From an uncultured Lentisphaeria bacterium (lineage in GTDB: Bacteria > Verrucomicrobiota > Lentisphaeria > Victivallales > Victivallaceae), in contig CASFVA010000033.1 in assembly GCA_949298075.1 (NCBI GenBank), forward strand, positions 20,806 to 84,805: a stretch of 64,000 bases of DNA, in the 5' to 3' direction. Positions within the stretch are counted from its first letter, which is position 1, and each line of letters begins with the position of its first letter. Positions 63,326 through 64,000 of this stretch are shown piece after piece. The position numbers and the translations under genes were made by a program. The notes under the pieces were generated by a model, which saw only the letters and a program-made list of their open reading frames with translations, did no database searches and was not told the DNA's origin.

Positions 63326-64000
63326 TGGGATTTGACTTGGGAACGGTCAGCGCCACCGTCGTGCTGGATGATTCCGATTACCGGCGCGGGCTGAGCGGAC
63401 TGGAGAGTGCCAGCGCCGGCACCTTCCGGCGCATTGCCGGCTATGCCGCCGGATATTTGTCAGTACGTGCATTGTCCGGATTTGTCACCGGCGCGATGGC
63501 GGAGTTCTCCAAGCTCGAAGAGGGCAACAATAAACTCAAATACACCTTTACCGAGCTCGAAAACGAGGCGGCCCGTGCTGCCCGGACCATTGCGCAGACC
63601 TTCAACGTGTCGGAGCAGACGGCCACCAACGCCATCGCCGATATCGGAGATTTGTTGACCGGACTGGGGTTTGAACAATCAGACGCCCTGCGTTTTGCCG
63701 ATCAGATCACCCGCCGCGGAATTGACGTGGCCAGTTTCAAGGGATTGGATCAGAGTGAAACCATCCGCCGCATGACGGTGGCGCTCACCGGCGAAACCGA
63801 CAGCCTGAAAATGATGGGGGTGGTGATCCGGCAGGACACCGATGAATTCCGGCAGCAGGTCGCGGCGATTCAGGCGTCAACCGGCGCCACCGAAACCATG
63901 GCCAAGGCGCAGGTGATTTTACAGCAGGTCATGCGGCAGACGAAAAACGCCGAAGGGGACTATCTGCGTCCCGATGCGCCGCGGACCTATGCACAGGAAT
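63326..64000 (+). CDS. Phage tail tape-measure-like protein, N-terminal part (runs off window end)
   Basis: An SD caGGAGGttttttt precedes ATG 63326 and the frame is open to the window end. This ORF is absent from the track because it has no stop in the window. The N-terminus MGFDLGTVSATVVLDDSDYRRGLSGLESASAGTFRRIAG resembles the conserved start of siphovirus-type tape measure proteins, followed by helical TMP-like sequence. Confidence 0.5.

Noticed and set aside
1-64000. CRISPR arrays, rRNA operons, IS elements/transposases, integrases
   Set aside because: No regularly spaced short direct repeats, no rRNA-like conserved stretches, and no transposase or tyrosine/serine recombinase-like ORFs were seen on either strand.

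Overview
This 64 kb window is a high-GC (roughly two-thirds G+C by eye) bacterial chromosomal segment, gene-dense on both strands. A prepilin-type/DUF1559 (H-X9-DG) pseudopilin, a prepilin peptidase, a eukaryote-type glycogen debranching enzyme, many glycoside hydrolases (GH28, GH4, GH130, GH13/GH133) and a sialate O-acetylesterase point to the PVC superphylum (Kiritimatiellota/Lentisphaerota/Verrucomicrobiota-like, probably an anaerobe given HydG). The window holds dnaA (4009-5409) with a 1.1 kb upstream intergenic region that looks like oriC: an AT-rich island, a 68-bp tandem repeat and repeated TTGTYAATAA motifs. The rest is largely housekeeping (pnp, miaA, cysK, pckG, aroE, lpxA, gpmI, holA, nadK, ppx-ppk1, ABC-F, RNase II/R) plus sugar-acid and pectin catabolism (uxuA, GH28, GH4, sugar isomerase), a flotillin-NfeD pair and the orphan [FeFe]-hydrogenase maturase HydG with its TM1266-type regulator. 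The best candidate for an undescribed system is a two-gene cassette (55481-57816, minus strand) with its own sigma70-like promoter. It encodes a small ExbB/TolQ/MotA-family proton-channel protein (GLFGTV signature). Translationally coupled to it is a partner whose single N-terminal TM helix carries a MotB/ExbD-like Asp (ICDFLVSAML), followed by about 350 aa of coiled coil and a roughly 250-aa C-terminal domain of unknown type. This looks like a 5:2-type motor with an extended periplasm-spanning B subunit and no TolR/ExbD or OmpA-like domain. The window ends with tRNA-Arg(CCG) followed by a markedly lower-GC island that encodes a double zinc-ribbon/TM2-domain protein and the start of a phage tail tape-measure-like protein, so it may be the edge of a prophage or tailocin-like element. 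No CRISPR arrays, rRNA genes, transposases or IS elements were seen. Many long antisense ORFs in the track are GC-driven artefacts.
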